In this document: positions 39,019-50,945 of the stretch, one piece after another
How the letters are laid out: each line of letters starts with the position of its first letter
Numbering within the stretch: position 1 is the stretch's first letter
The notes under the pieces: generated by a model
Databases searched by the model: none
What the model was told of the DNA's origin: nothing
Seen by the model: the letters and a program-made list of their open reading frames with translations, nothing else
Position numbers and translations under genes: made by a program
Origin: Kudoa neothunni
Lineage: Eukaryota > Animalia > Cnidaria
Length of the DNA: 64,000 nt
Assembly: GCA_964304625.1 (NCBI GenBank)
Contig: OZ199839.1
Span: 7,010,234-7,074,233 of the forward strand
Direction of reading: 5' to 3'

Positions 39019-41588
39019 TTAGTCATCAAACAGTGACTTTCTGCCATCCTTTGACGAGAGTGGTTGCATGCTGATTCTTGCATCAAGATGTCTACCGAGG
39101 AATTCCCTACCGAACAAGTTTATCATCCAATAAACACACACCAACTTAGTAACTACCAATTTTGCACAAGAAATTTCTGGATAGCAATCAACGCTTCGTA
39201 ACGTACATTGGCATCCGCGTGTTGAAGCAGTTTCATCATAGCCATTTTTCCTCCCATTTGTTCAACAATACTAGAGGAAATTATATGAGAACCTCCATTT
39301 TCATGGAAATTACTATTTTCCTCGTTGATAATGTCGAACGAATTCACCAATGTCATATAAAGCAATCGCAATATTTTGCACATCAGTATCATTAATAATA
39401 ATATCGATGAGAATGCTCAAGATCTCATAGTTGTTATCACAGAATTTCATGGTGTTTTCTTTCTGTGATTCAAAAAATGGAACGAGTCAAATAAAATGTT
39501 CTAACATTAACTAACACCTACCCAGAATCGTTCTGATTTGTGTGTAGGGGTCCATTCGAGTCGTCTGCTTTTAATTTCAGCAGAGTACTCGTCAAAGTTG
39601 GTCAAATCTTCGATTCCGGCATCAACATACTTTCGAACGAAAGCGAAATCACTCAACACATCTTGATCATCGATCAAGCTTTTGTCGATTGTTTTTATTA
39701 ACTGTAATGAGAAAAATTATTGTAATCTGTCGATATTATTCTCTCACATAATTTAAGCATTTAATATATTTGTGCGCGCACATATCAACGCCATTTTTAA
39801 TCTGAAAGGTAATTAAATTTCCTAAGGTGACTTTTAAGATTAGCGAAAATAGTCGACATTCGTTTAATAATTTGTTTAATAATTACATCCTGAATACGAG
39901 CACCTAACAAATGTGTGATAACGAGCTTTTGTTTGGTAGCTTTTGACATTATATTCTATACAATAACTACATTATATTTCGAAAATTGCAAAACAATTAC
40001 GCAATACAACGAAAGAGAAATTCGTATTATTTTGGATTTGTTCGTCTCACGAAGTATAGCGGCAATAATTGAAATTAAATTGAGACTACAAAGAACATGC
40101 GTGTAATCTTGCGCAATGAGCAAATCGTGCACCAAAAAATTACTTCACTAATTTATCAGTGACTGATTGATTGAACGATAACAACCACAACGCAAAAATT
40201 CCATCGTACTGAATAGTGTATTGACGTGTGCTGGAGACCACTTCGACCAGTCTAAAATTTGTGTGGTTTATGTAATTCCATTGATACAACAATTGAATAA
40301 TTAATATAATTATACGGTGCAAGGCCGCCAACTCGCGCAAATACTAATCTCAAATCGTGCACCAAAAAAACTCGTTTGGCCATTTGAAGGCAGTCTCTTG
40401 TGTAGGGATTCTTCTAGATTGAAAAGATTTAGTCAAATCAATTTGTTGCTATTAGTTATTTTTGAAAATTGGTGTTTATTGACCCGTAAAAATTTAAATC
40501 CCCAATTATAGTTCGACTATAAATTATCTATGGATTTTAAGTGGGCGGCGATAATTAGTCAATAATTAATTATGATAATTTAGAGCACATAAACTGTTTA
40601 TATTATCCGCAAATTATAACTACAACTAGGAGTTACAGGGATTAAGAATTTCAATCAAGCAAGCAAGTGCAAGTGCAAGCGCAAGCAGTTAAGTTATTAG
40701 GATTAAATTTGTGCGGGTCGTTAACAACAATTCAAACTCGGATCAGCAATATTATAGATAAACACAGGCAGCTTCAAATCGTTGATTAACATTTTCAAGT
40801 AGAGTGATGCTTGCGCATTCTTGAAAACAAATCGTTGACTACCAATCAATTTAGCAATTACTCTTCTTGCCTACCAACATAAATTAAAAATCCCGCCAAA
40901 ATTAACCACACTCAACATACCAAATACGCGAGAGACGGATTATCTCGTTTTGTCAACGATAACAAAATGCTAATCACGTCATATTCAGACCTACAAAAGA
41001 ATCGATTAACAACTGACATACAGTAACACTGAAAAAGAATACTGATTTGTTTCTCTGTAGAATATATTGATTACTTCACGATTATCCTAACATAAAAGTT
41101 AAAAAAATTAAAAAAAAGTCGAAAAATTAAAAAATTAAGTTGGTTTCGGCTAGATGCGATATTTACAGTAAAAATATCTTCAAACAACGCCAGCACGTGT
41201 TGTACAACATCGTTGTTGTAGATTTTACTGATAAAACGTAGAAAAACGAGTGACAACTATATAAAACGAGGTGAGTGTGTAACAAAAATTAATCCAAAGA
41301 TTACGCCATTAGGGTTCTTTTTAAATGATTCGACCTTTTTCCTCACACTCAAATCCTCAAATTCTGATAAACTTCGAAGATCATCTGCTGAAAACGACCC
41401 ATCCTCAACGTATATCAGCCAATTGACACATAAATTTTTTAATCGATCTACGTTAGTATCAAGCTCCGTTTTCAGGGATTCTAAGGCATATTTTGAGTTT
41501 GATTGTTATGGATAAATTTTTTACTGTAATCCACTTGAATAAGGGGTGAATGACGAACTGCTTTGTTTTTAGAGTTATGTTTCGGCAT
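39019..41588 (-). CDS. ATP6V1H: V-type proton ATPase subunit H, multi-exon
   Basis: [13 protein letters not shown]; [28 protein letters not shown]; [13 protein letters not shown]; [17 protein letters not shown]. Confidence 0.95.
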
Positions 41589-41747
41589 TGTGCTGCCTGC
41601 GCATCATGTGCGTGCGTTATATAATATACCTTTTAATTGATCTTTTATAATCGATTAAATGTATAGATGGTTAGAATTTTATTTATTTGCATATATGTAG
41701 AGAGTGTAACATATGGATTATAGGTGTGGTAATACACCCACCATAGA

Positions 41748-41826
41748 TGCGCGATCGACAGCAATTCGGTATAATACCACAGCCTCTTAATGCAAGTAAC
41801 CAAGGTTGGAATCCCGGTTCAGACCT
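41748..41826 (+). pseudogene. tRNA-like remnant / possible SINE head
   Basis: B-box-like GGTTGGAATCCC in a T-arm-like context, about 75 nt GC-richer island; acceptor stem does not pair. Confidence 0.25.
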
Positions 41827-42087
41827 TGTGTTGCAGAGAGGATTGATGTTATTTTAACGCTGTGACTATATCTCAGGCAACAAATTTCTCGAAAAGTACT
41901 CAACATATTAAACTCAGAATTTACAAATCGTTATAAATTCGTTTATCTTAAGTTTTCCTTAAATTTCAAAATTTTATGAGAATTTCAATATTTTACGTAA
42001 ACGACAACAACACAAGTACCGGGAGTGATAATTATTTTTCATGTATTAATAAAATTAACAAAACAACAATTCGAATTAAATATACAA

Positions 42088-44147
42088 TAGTAGGCAATCG
42101 ATTTTTCGTACTTTTCTGAGCGTGCGCGTCGCCAGAATCGTGATAGTTGAGAGAGCGATTAAACTTGGTTTTTATTTAAATTCATCTCATTTTATGTTTT
42201 ATTTAGTATAAATAATTAAAATAAACATTTTTAATGTTATTACTGATATGAGTAAATTTAATTTTTTTTATATTTTAGTTGACGTTTAACATTTATTTCA
42301 AAATCTTATTGATTTTATGTTAAAATTTTCCTTATAATTTCAACTTTGTTATTAAATAAAAACTTATCCCGTTGGAAATTTTGAGTTAAGTGATTCCGAA
42401 TTAAATTATTGCAGCCACAAGAAACGATAATAATGGTTTTTTATCTAGTCTCATCAATTTTTATCAATTTTGATAATCAATAATGAATAATTGCTGATTG
42501 AAACCAAAAAATAACTGAGAAACGACGTTAAGAACCGCTTTTGTGGAAATAATCAGTTATCTTAGTTTGGCTAAATTTGTTTGAATAATACGTTTGACAG
42601 TGTACTTTCCAGCTTTACGAAATTTTAAAGTTTTTGAATTGATTCTATAACTTCCTTCGAAGAAATATCCTCGATTGGTAAACCTTAGGATATATCATCA
42701 TCATTGTGATTCTTTTAACTTTTATGTGTTATGCTGTAAGCTAACTGAATCTTCAAATTATCGTGCTCCTCTAGGATCATCTCGTCAATTTCATTATTTA
42801 TATCTTTATCGTTAGCATAAGAAAATCCAGCTTCAAAACAATTTAATATGGTCTTATTGCTAACAGACTCTCACACTTCTTTAGTTTAAAATATAGATTC
42901 CAGATAATCTGGAGAAGTTGGGAGAAAGTCCGCTTATGTGAGTGCAAAGAACTTTTTATAAGCTCTCTTTCATATGCCGATTTGAACGAATGTATAATAC
43001 CTTGATCTAAAGGCCGCTAAACGCTTATCGTATTTTGAGGAAGAAAACCCATTTTTATATAACTTAAATCGTTGTGAAAATTAGCAGTTTCATTGTCGAA
43101 TATAAAACAATTTATTGGAATTTATTCAAAAAACTTATTTAAACCAGTTATATATTTTATAAACATATAATCAGTCATTCATGCTTTTTCGCGGCACTCA
43201 TACTTTAGTAGAAGATTTTTGACATTTTTGGAGCACCTCGATTTGGCAGATATGAAAGCACCAAAGAGGATTGTTATCCTTTTTTTCTCTTTTTTTTATT
43301 TGGTTATAGACATTCTGCTTAGTTGTGGCATAGCTCTTACCTAAAACTATGCAAACATATACATACAAAAATTTTAGCTTGTGATGCTGATAGTAGAGCG
43401 CAATTTCGTCGATTTTAAAATCACAGTCGGGTGAGCAGCCATTGATTATATCTAATAACCTTGGAATCCACTTTAAATGTCTCGCCATCAACAATACAAA
43501 AGTCATCATGATAATTTTGCAATTTTAGATTGAATATTGATTAAAACCCCTTAAACTTAAACCGTCGGTTATTGATGAATCTACACACGAATCATTTGAG
43601 CGCAATCCTTTCGTTTAATTAATCATATCAATAGAAGTTAGCTCTATTTCTTGAACACATCAAATTAATCCACTCATACTACTCTGAATCAAGCTCTTTG
43701 TTGGTATTATATCTCAATTTTTTTCGATGAAGCTAGCCCACTTTTATGAGATTTCACTATTTCTTCTCTCTCATTAAGAATGCAATCCAATGTTGAAATT
43801 GTAGGACGTTTAAAATATCGAACGATAGCATCCCACGCTCTCTTATTAGGCAAGTGTTCAAAAAATTCGATTATTTCAGATTCTTCTTTAATTGTTATGC
43901 TTTTTTTATTGTTTTTATGACATCCGAAAACTACGAAAAACCCGAAAGTTCCCTAGAAAAATTCAAAAAATACTTAAAATCCACAACAATGAATTTTTCG
44001 TATTTTCATCATTTTTTCTTTATTTGTAAACTTTTTTTAATTAAATTTCAATATGATATTCTAATATTGAATCTTTACTTTTACAAAAACTTTCAGAGTA
44101 AACGAGAAATAAGAAGTTAAAAAGTACGAAAAATCGATTGTCTACTG
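42088..44147 (-). mobile_element. Decayed Tigger/pogo DNA transposon
   Basis: 27-bp TIRs (tagtaggcaatcgatttttcgtacttt / aaagtacgaaaaatcgattgtctactg) with TA on the right; DDE_1 remnant FLPQNT...PLDQGIIHSFK at about 42980-43050. Confidence 0.88.
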
Positions 44148-44237
44148 TAATAGGTTAAATAATTTTTGTTCGTTTACGCCATGCTTTGAATGCGCATTCT
44201 GCTCTTACAATTTGGCTGTACACGCGTTGAGTTCAAA

Positions 44238-45654
44238 TATGTTTATATTTGGAATACGATTTGTCACCTTCGAGGATCTTGATAATGCCATTTTAGATTA
44301 CGAAAAATCAAATTTTTTAGCTTTTAAAAATATCAAGCCAGAATTATTTAGAATAAGCGAGGCAGAATTACTAAATCAGTCAACCCAGCTCTACGTTATT
44401 ATGAGATTACTTACTGTTGTATTTTCAGTGGTAAAAACAAACCAAAATCTTGTGGCAGTAGAAATAAACCAGATTTAAGGGGAGACTGCCCTGTTACAAT
44501 ATCACTTAGGACTTCTGTCGATGGAACTGCTCTTGAAGTACGCTCTTGTAGGTTAGTTAATAATCATGAATCAAATGAAGTGATCCTACAGAAATTTGCC
44601 AAAACAACGAAAAATTGATTTAGATGATCAAAATTTAATTTAATTGTTTCAGTCTAAAATTCAGTGTGAAACCGGGAAAAAATATTTGTCTCAAGTCTAT
44701 CCATGCTATTAGAGAAAATAATACTTTATTCCCCTTAACCCGGATGCGATAGAAAAAGTTTTAAGAGAGAATTATAGCTGCTACGTTAGAATTTTTTTCG
44801 CAGACAATAAAATGAAATCCTTCTTGCAGTTTTATCCAGAGGTGATGTTTGTAGACGCAACATTCAAACTTCTTAATTCACGATAATTAAAAAAATTTGA
44901 ATCTATTGTAATCATAGTTTTAGAGCTCTATTATATCGATTTGAGGGGGTAGATTCTTTTGAGTTAAAACACATCACGAGTGTGTGTACTCTATGAGGAG
45001 ACTGAAGCTGCTATTCAATAGTTTTGCGATGTTTTAACTGAAATGGTATCGACGCTTCGAGGCAATGTAAATAAAATCATTATCGATAAGGATGAAAAAT
45101 TTAGAAAATTCCTAAAAAGAAGTTTTCCACTCGCATCCTGCATACTTTGTAAATTTTATGTCATGCAAATTTTCCGAAGGCAAATTACCAACAATAAATT
45201 CTCAATTTCTACTAGTCGTTGTCAAGAAGTTTTAACTTGCTTACAGTGAATAGAAAAGTTATGTGGATCAAATTCATTCATTTAACAACGTTAAATTGAG
45301 CAGATATTTTCAAAGGAACTGGAATCAATTTACAATGAATGGGTTATCGGTCTCAGTGACGCAAAAAACTTTTATGACAATGGTGCAAACAATCAAATTG
45401 AAGCAATTAATCCGAAAATTAAAAGCGTTGTTCATAAATTCAGTACTTTAAATGATTTTATTTGTAACTTTTTCAAAAATTTAAACACCTGAACAGAAAG
45501 GGAGGTTAGAGCAATGAGTCAATTGTATTGTCTCAAATGAAAACATTTAATGTAGAATGTACATTTCTTTACAAACAACGCTTGACAAAATACGCCTATA
45601 GTAAGTTGAGAGATCAAATCTCATTATTTAATGACAATAATGTATTGACAACCT
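44238..45654 (+). mobile_element. Decayed Mutator-like (MULE, ZSWIM3-like) transposase, cut by a piggyBac insertion
   Basis: Fragments FVTFEDLDNAI, YPEVMFVDATFKL, IIIDKD...FP...ILCKFYV, YFQRNW; many stops and frameshifts. Confidence 0.75.
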
Positions 45655-45658
45655 TTAA

Positions 45659-48600
45659 CCCTTACAGGACGGCGTTCAGAAAATGTGCGTATGTTCCGGT
45701 GTGGGGTCCGCGCGGACCCCAGCGAATAGTTCATTATGTAAGCGCAATTTTTATAATAACTAGCATTTTATACGATTAATATATTATAAAGATAAGAAAA
45801 CAATTATTAGTTGGTTAAAAATTATCTATATATATATTTGTAAAAAATGGATAGATTAGCAGAATTTTCCCACTGAAGGCAAAGCTTCACAAAATGACTG
45901 TGACACTCTCGCACGGCACCGATAGGCAGTATAAAATAGCTTTTTCATGACATAGATTAAGACATTTAGTAGCATTGTTTGTATTCAAGAATATTTAAAG
46001 GACCAGCTAGCCACGCCAAACAGCGCTTTCCGAGTAACTCTCGTTAATCTTTTTATAGCGCAGAGAATTATGATTATAACAAAATTGTCATTTGTTAATA
46101 AACATAGAAATCACATAATATAATATTTTTATTAATAAAATATTACATTGATTTTATTTTACATACCAATGACAGAATTACTTATTCGCTATAAAATAAA
46201 AAACTTATTTTTAAACTTGTAAGCTTAAATTAAACATCGATGCATGTAAAGTCCTCAAAAATTGATATCCATATCTACACAGTACGTTTATTTTATCAGA
46301 GTATTTTTTCATTTAGAAGACATTTTTATTTCTATGTGATTTTAAAAATTAAAAAATAATACGGAATACTAGCTCGATGTTTTTTGGATAATTTCATCAA
46401 AGCCAATTCAAAAAAATATAATAAATAAAATAATAAACGGCGTTGAATATTTCGGAATTAAAACTATTATATGCGGTAAATATTAGTCACCGAAACATTA
46501 ATTTAATAAATGTTAAATTTTAGAAAGATTATTTTGCTAAATTATAATAAAAATTTGTGTTTATTTTAGTTTCTGTTTGGCTTTAGTTTTTTGTCATGAA
46601 ATGTTAGAATAATTCTGAGAGATTTGTCTAAACTTTAATTTAAAATAAATTCATATATAAAATTCAAACTCTTGTCATGCTGAACAACCATTGGTTTGAA
46701 CATGTCGAAAAGTGAGGAAAAATTATTTCTAATTTGAAAATCTTAATCAAATACGTATATAATTAAAAATATTTTTTATAATGCAGTAAAAGAATGAGCC
46801 AATATAAAATAGATTTAACTTACGTTAGACAGGATAATAATTCAACAATAAACTAAGCACTCAAAATCATCCTGACAATCTGGGCAAGCGATTATAATTT
46901 TCTGGGTTTTATGAAGTAAGCGAATTAGCTTGTTACAAGAAGAACATTTTGTGTTGGTTTTCCTATCCATGTTACGCGGGAAACATACGCACTATCCCTT
47001 TTTAGATGACGTTGAATCATTTTGCATATTTGAGTTGGAATTGGAGATAAAGCTATTGAATATTTTGACTCCGTATTGTAAATCTGAAATGATACCTAGT
47101 AAAGGTTTCTTGACGACGCAATACGTTAGAGGTGACCAATTGAATCCCTAATTCTCGAAGGAAGGTTTGACGTCCGACTGCGATCATTCGAACGCCAATC
47201 AAGTTATTTGGTCGTCCATATTATATATGCCATTTAATGCAGATATATCGATCAGATCCATGAAAACACGGAATGGCAACCGATTCGTTCTTCTATAACA
47301 ACCATAAAGGTTGGTCATCCGGTTTCCCATTGTCAACTGCCCCTTTTGTGTGATTGTAATGAACGATAAGTTCAGGTCTTTTTTTATCACCTTTTCAATG
47401 GCACCATCATGGAACTCTGTTGATAATAAAATGACATTTTTGTTTTTCTGGAGAGCATATTAAACTATGGCTAAGTCATCGAAGAAACAAAAAAATGAGG
47501 AATTTTCATCACGATTTTTCACACTCAGCATATTTTTTGGGATGTATCGGTAATTTTTTCGCATAATTCCAGTCAGTGTTGTTGTATCCTCGAGTGCACG
47601 CGGCAAAAAGAAAAAAAATGAAGGAAACTCAAAAAAAGTGAGAAATGGCAATGTTAATAAAAAAAACGTTATATATGATGAGGGATGCCAAAAACTGATT
47701 CCATACTGGGCCAAAATAACGCATCTGTGAGGCGGACACTACACCCGATTGCCGAACATGTGTACATTCACCTCTGGGCATTCCTATGTGAATTTTACCC
47801 AGATTCGAGGTGTACCGTTTTGTGGTTAACCGAATTACACACTAATTGGCAATCGGAGTAGTCCCGCCTGATGATTCTGGCTCCCTTGAAATCGTTAACG
47901 GTTGGTCACGATACCCAACAAATGTTAAATCATTTTTTAGTAAAAATAAGGCTAGGGGAACGGATGTAAAAAAGTTGTCAGTCGCTATACCACAACGAGT
48001 TCCATAATAAGGAGAAACTAAATCCTTGACGACTCGTTCTCCTTTGTTTTTCTCCCTGATACCGTTAACTCTACCAAGGTAAGGTTGGGTATTTAATAGG
48101 TATGATGTATCCACATCTGAAGCCACCCACAATTTCATCCCGAAGCGATCGGGTTTATTCTTCAAGTAAATACGAAAAGTGCACCTTCCGCGAAATGAAA
48201 CCATTCCTTCATCTACATTTATATGTGTACCCGGCGAGTAATTCCGTGTGAACGAGGAATTTAAATCGCAAAAGATTTCTTGCATTGCTTCAAATTTGTT
48301 GCCAGATGTTCTCATTCTTGATGCTCTCGTGAGTCGATCACCAAAACGGATCGTTCTGTATATCTGGCGAAAAAAATGCTGTTTGAACAATGGGTTTAAA
48401 TTCCGAAGATTTCTGAGTGAAAATTTGGCTCCATTACATCTGCCAGATATGATCATGATTCCAATAAAAGCCTTCAACTCTTCCGCGGTTATGATATCCT
48501 TATCGCTATATTTTTCATTCGATAGGCGATACTTATTGGTAAAATATGATATTTTTTTCCAACACAATATTCGAAAAAATAGCGATAATGTTTTCATAAT

Positions 48601-49368
48601 CGTTTGTTCATTTTTAGACTCTTCTGTGAGTCCAGCTTTTGACAAGTCTAGATTGTGTTTTTTGTTTTTCCACCTCATTTTTTCACTGCGACTCCATTTG
48701 AATCAAATGCTGGAGTAATAAATTTCCACTAAATTTTCTAAATCATCATTATCTTCATTGCTAGATGAGGAATCCATTGTTACTACAATATCATCGCAAT
48801 CTGAAATATCAGATAGCGGTCCCTCTGAATCAAGATCACTGTCGATTTCATCATTCTCAACAGGATCACTTAATAGATCATCAGAATTTTCTTTTGGCAT
48901 CACTCTATTCGAATTTAATTAAAAAAACAATGACTAATAATTCACTTATATTGTACACAAACAGCGTGGATTTGAATTTAAGCCTCCAATCCTTCAATAA
49001 TCTATGGGTATATATATATGTATTGGTATTTGTCGGGCGATGATATAAAATGTTAGAAATACAAGTATATTGATTTAAAATATAATTAAAACACATATTT
49101 AATGAATTTTCATTAATTATTTTATTTTATATAATAATCTCAATTAAAAAGCTAATTAAATAACCCCTTTATCAAAAACATGCACGAAAGAAGTAAGTTT
49201 ATTTCAATTAATTTTAAATATAAAAAAACTTTAAAAGGAATATAAGAAAAACTAATACCTTCTTTTGGAATTCATGGGATTAAAATTTTTTTTTATTTAT
49301 AAAGCGAAGAGAAAACACAAGAATACAAAAATTGGGGTCCGTATGAACCCCACACCGTCCCACGAGGA
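45659..49368 (-). mobile_element. Decayed piggyBac (PGBD4-like) transposon
   Basis: TTAA at both ends; imperfect TIRs plus subterminal GGTGTGGGGT..GGACCCC repeats; transposase motifs VDEGM..FRGR, KPDRFGMK, TDNFFTS and a C-terminal Cys-rich domain. Confidence 0.92.
47580..47920 (+). mobile_element. Solo LTR (341 bp) inserted in the piggyBac transposase
   Basis: TGTTGTATC...GATACCCAACA termini; 5-bp TSD agtgt/aatgt; removal restores NDLTLTGIMRKN; TATA-like run at about 47670. Confidence 0.85.
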
Positions 49369-50945
49369 TTAATACAAAAATAAGTTTAAAAGCTATCAAT
49401 ATTTATTAATTTCACCATAATAACGAAATAGCTTTAACACTGAAACACTCATAATATTATTCTATAATGTCGTTATTAACCAATATGTATATAATCATAT
49501 CAAATATAATTACTCCAAAATTATTAATCAGACGCCAAAATAATGTAACTACGACGAAATATAAATAAAAAAAATTACATGTGATTTCATTTCATTTCGT
49601 TAAATTTACACCAATTATTATCGCAAATCTATATTAGATTTTAATAACTCTTATATTATTCCGTTTATTTAATTATAACAATTCTAAGTTATAATCGCAT
49701 TAGAATATGCTGATTTTGAATTTAAACCCCTCTTTAGTGATTACAATATCCAAAAAAACATGCTTTTATTCATAAATTTAGTAATTTATTATTGATGATT
49801 TTAGTATTTCAGGATTTTGACATCCTTATTGTTGACATGTAGCCTGGACAAAAAATTTTAAAACTACAGTACATAAAAAACTAATGCTTAAAGCTTAAAA
49901 AATGGCATTAAATATATTCTATCGACAAATTTCCTACTTTTGAGCTAAATATTTGCGCATGCTTTCCAAGGTACCAGCGATTCTGATATGGAGGAGAAAT
50001 AACGATAAATAACATAAAAACTCCAGTCTCTAGTCTTAAATTATAAATAAATATGCTTGTAAAAAATATTTCAATCAAACCACACTTTGTAAATTCAAAT
50101 TCAAAATCGAAAGGGAAATCGTTTATGTATATTGCATAAGAGATTAAACTAATTTTTGACGAATAAAAATAAAACAAATCCAAACAAAACCACATTTAAG
50201 TCAATAACGAGGATTCGCGACCCCTCCGAATGTTCATGACCAGTAAATAAGTGAGAATTTTATATTATAATTTTTGATGTTGTTTCGTCATCAGTCAATA
50301 TTTAAAATTGTGTTGTGGTGATGTTGAGCAAAATTGAGAATGCGAGGCATGCGCAATCATGTTAAATTTTGGGGCCACATATTCCGTGACTACCAATTTT
50401 GCCGTGTAAACATTTTTCTGCCAATTTCCACTAAATATTTAAAATATATAGATAAAAACAAAGCTTATTAGAATGAAGTATCGGGATTATTTGAAGATTC
50501 ATTAATTTTAAGAAAATAGACAATTTTACGTAGATAGACTCATTTTGTTTTGACTTTATAATTGTGTTATTTCCGGTTAATAAAAATTCTCGTATTTAAA
50601 TTTTTTATAATAATTTTTTCCAATAAAATAAAACTCAATATGTTAATATTTTAACCTGTAAATTCAATAACACAATTTTATCAGATTTCAAATTAATAAA
50701 AACTATATCTACTGTTAGGTCATAAAAAACTAGTTTAAAGTTAATATAAAATGGGAAAAAATCTTTTGAAATCACATAATTTCATAAAAATAAACATCGG
50801 ATATCCTATTTTCTCTCTAAGGTTACATGCAAAAATTCAAAAAAACAATAATTGTAACTAACGACTTCAACATTAAATAATGCTACATGATCAAATAATT
50901 TTCTTAATAAATGCTCCTTATAAAATATAGTTAACAAAAATTAAC

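Noticed and set aside
41748-41826. Functional tRNA gene
   Set aside because: Acceptor and D stems do not pair and the T-loop is mutated.
47860-47920. Active hammerhead ribozyme
   Set aside because: CTGATGA and GAAA are present, but stem II (ttctggctccctt) cannot pair and stem I does not close at a cleavage site.
48248-48718. Antisense ORFs (also 13239-13493, 36802-37098, 51586-51921, 58663-58923)
   Set aside because: Shadow frames opposite real genes or transposases.
49908-50195. Hydrophobic ORF (similar ones at 8280, 26219, 26510, 38268, 43854)
   Set aside because: F/I/L/K-rich composition typical of random AT-rich noncoding DNA.
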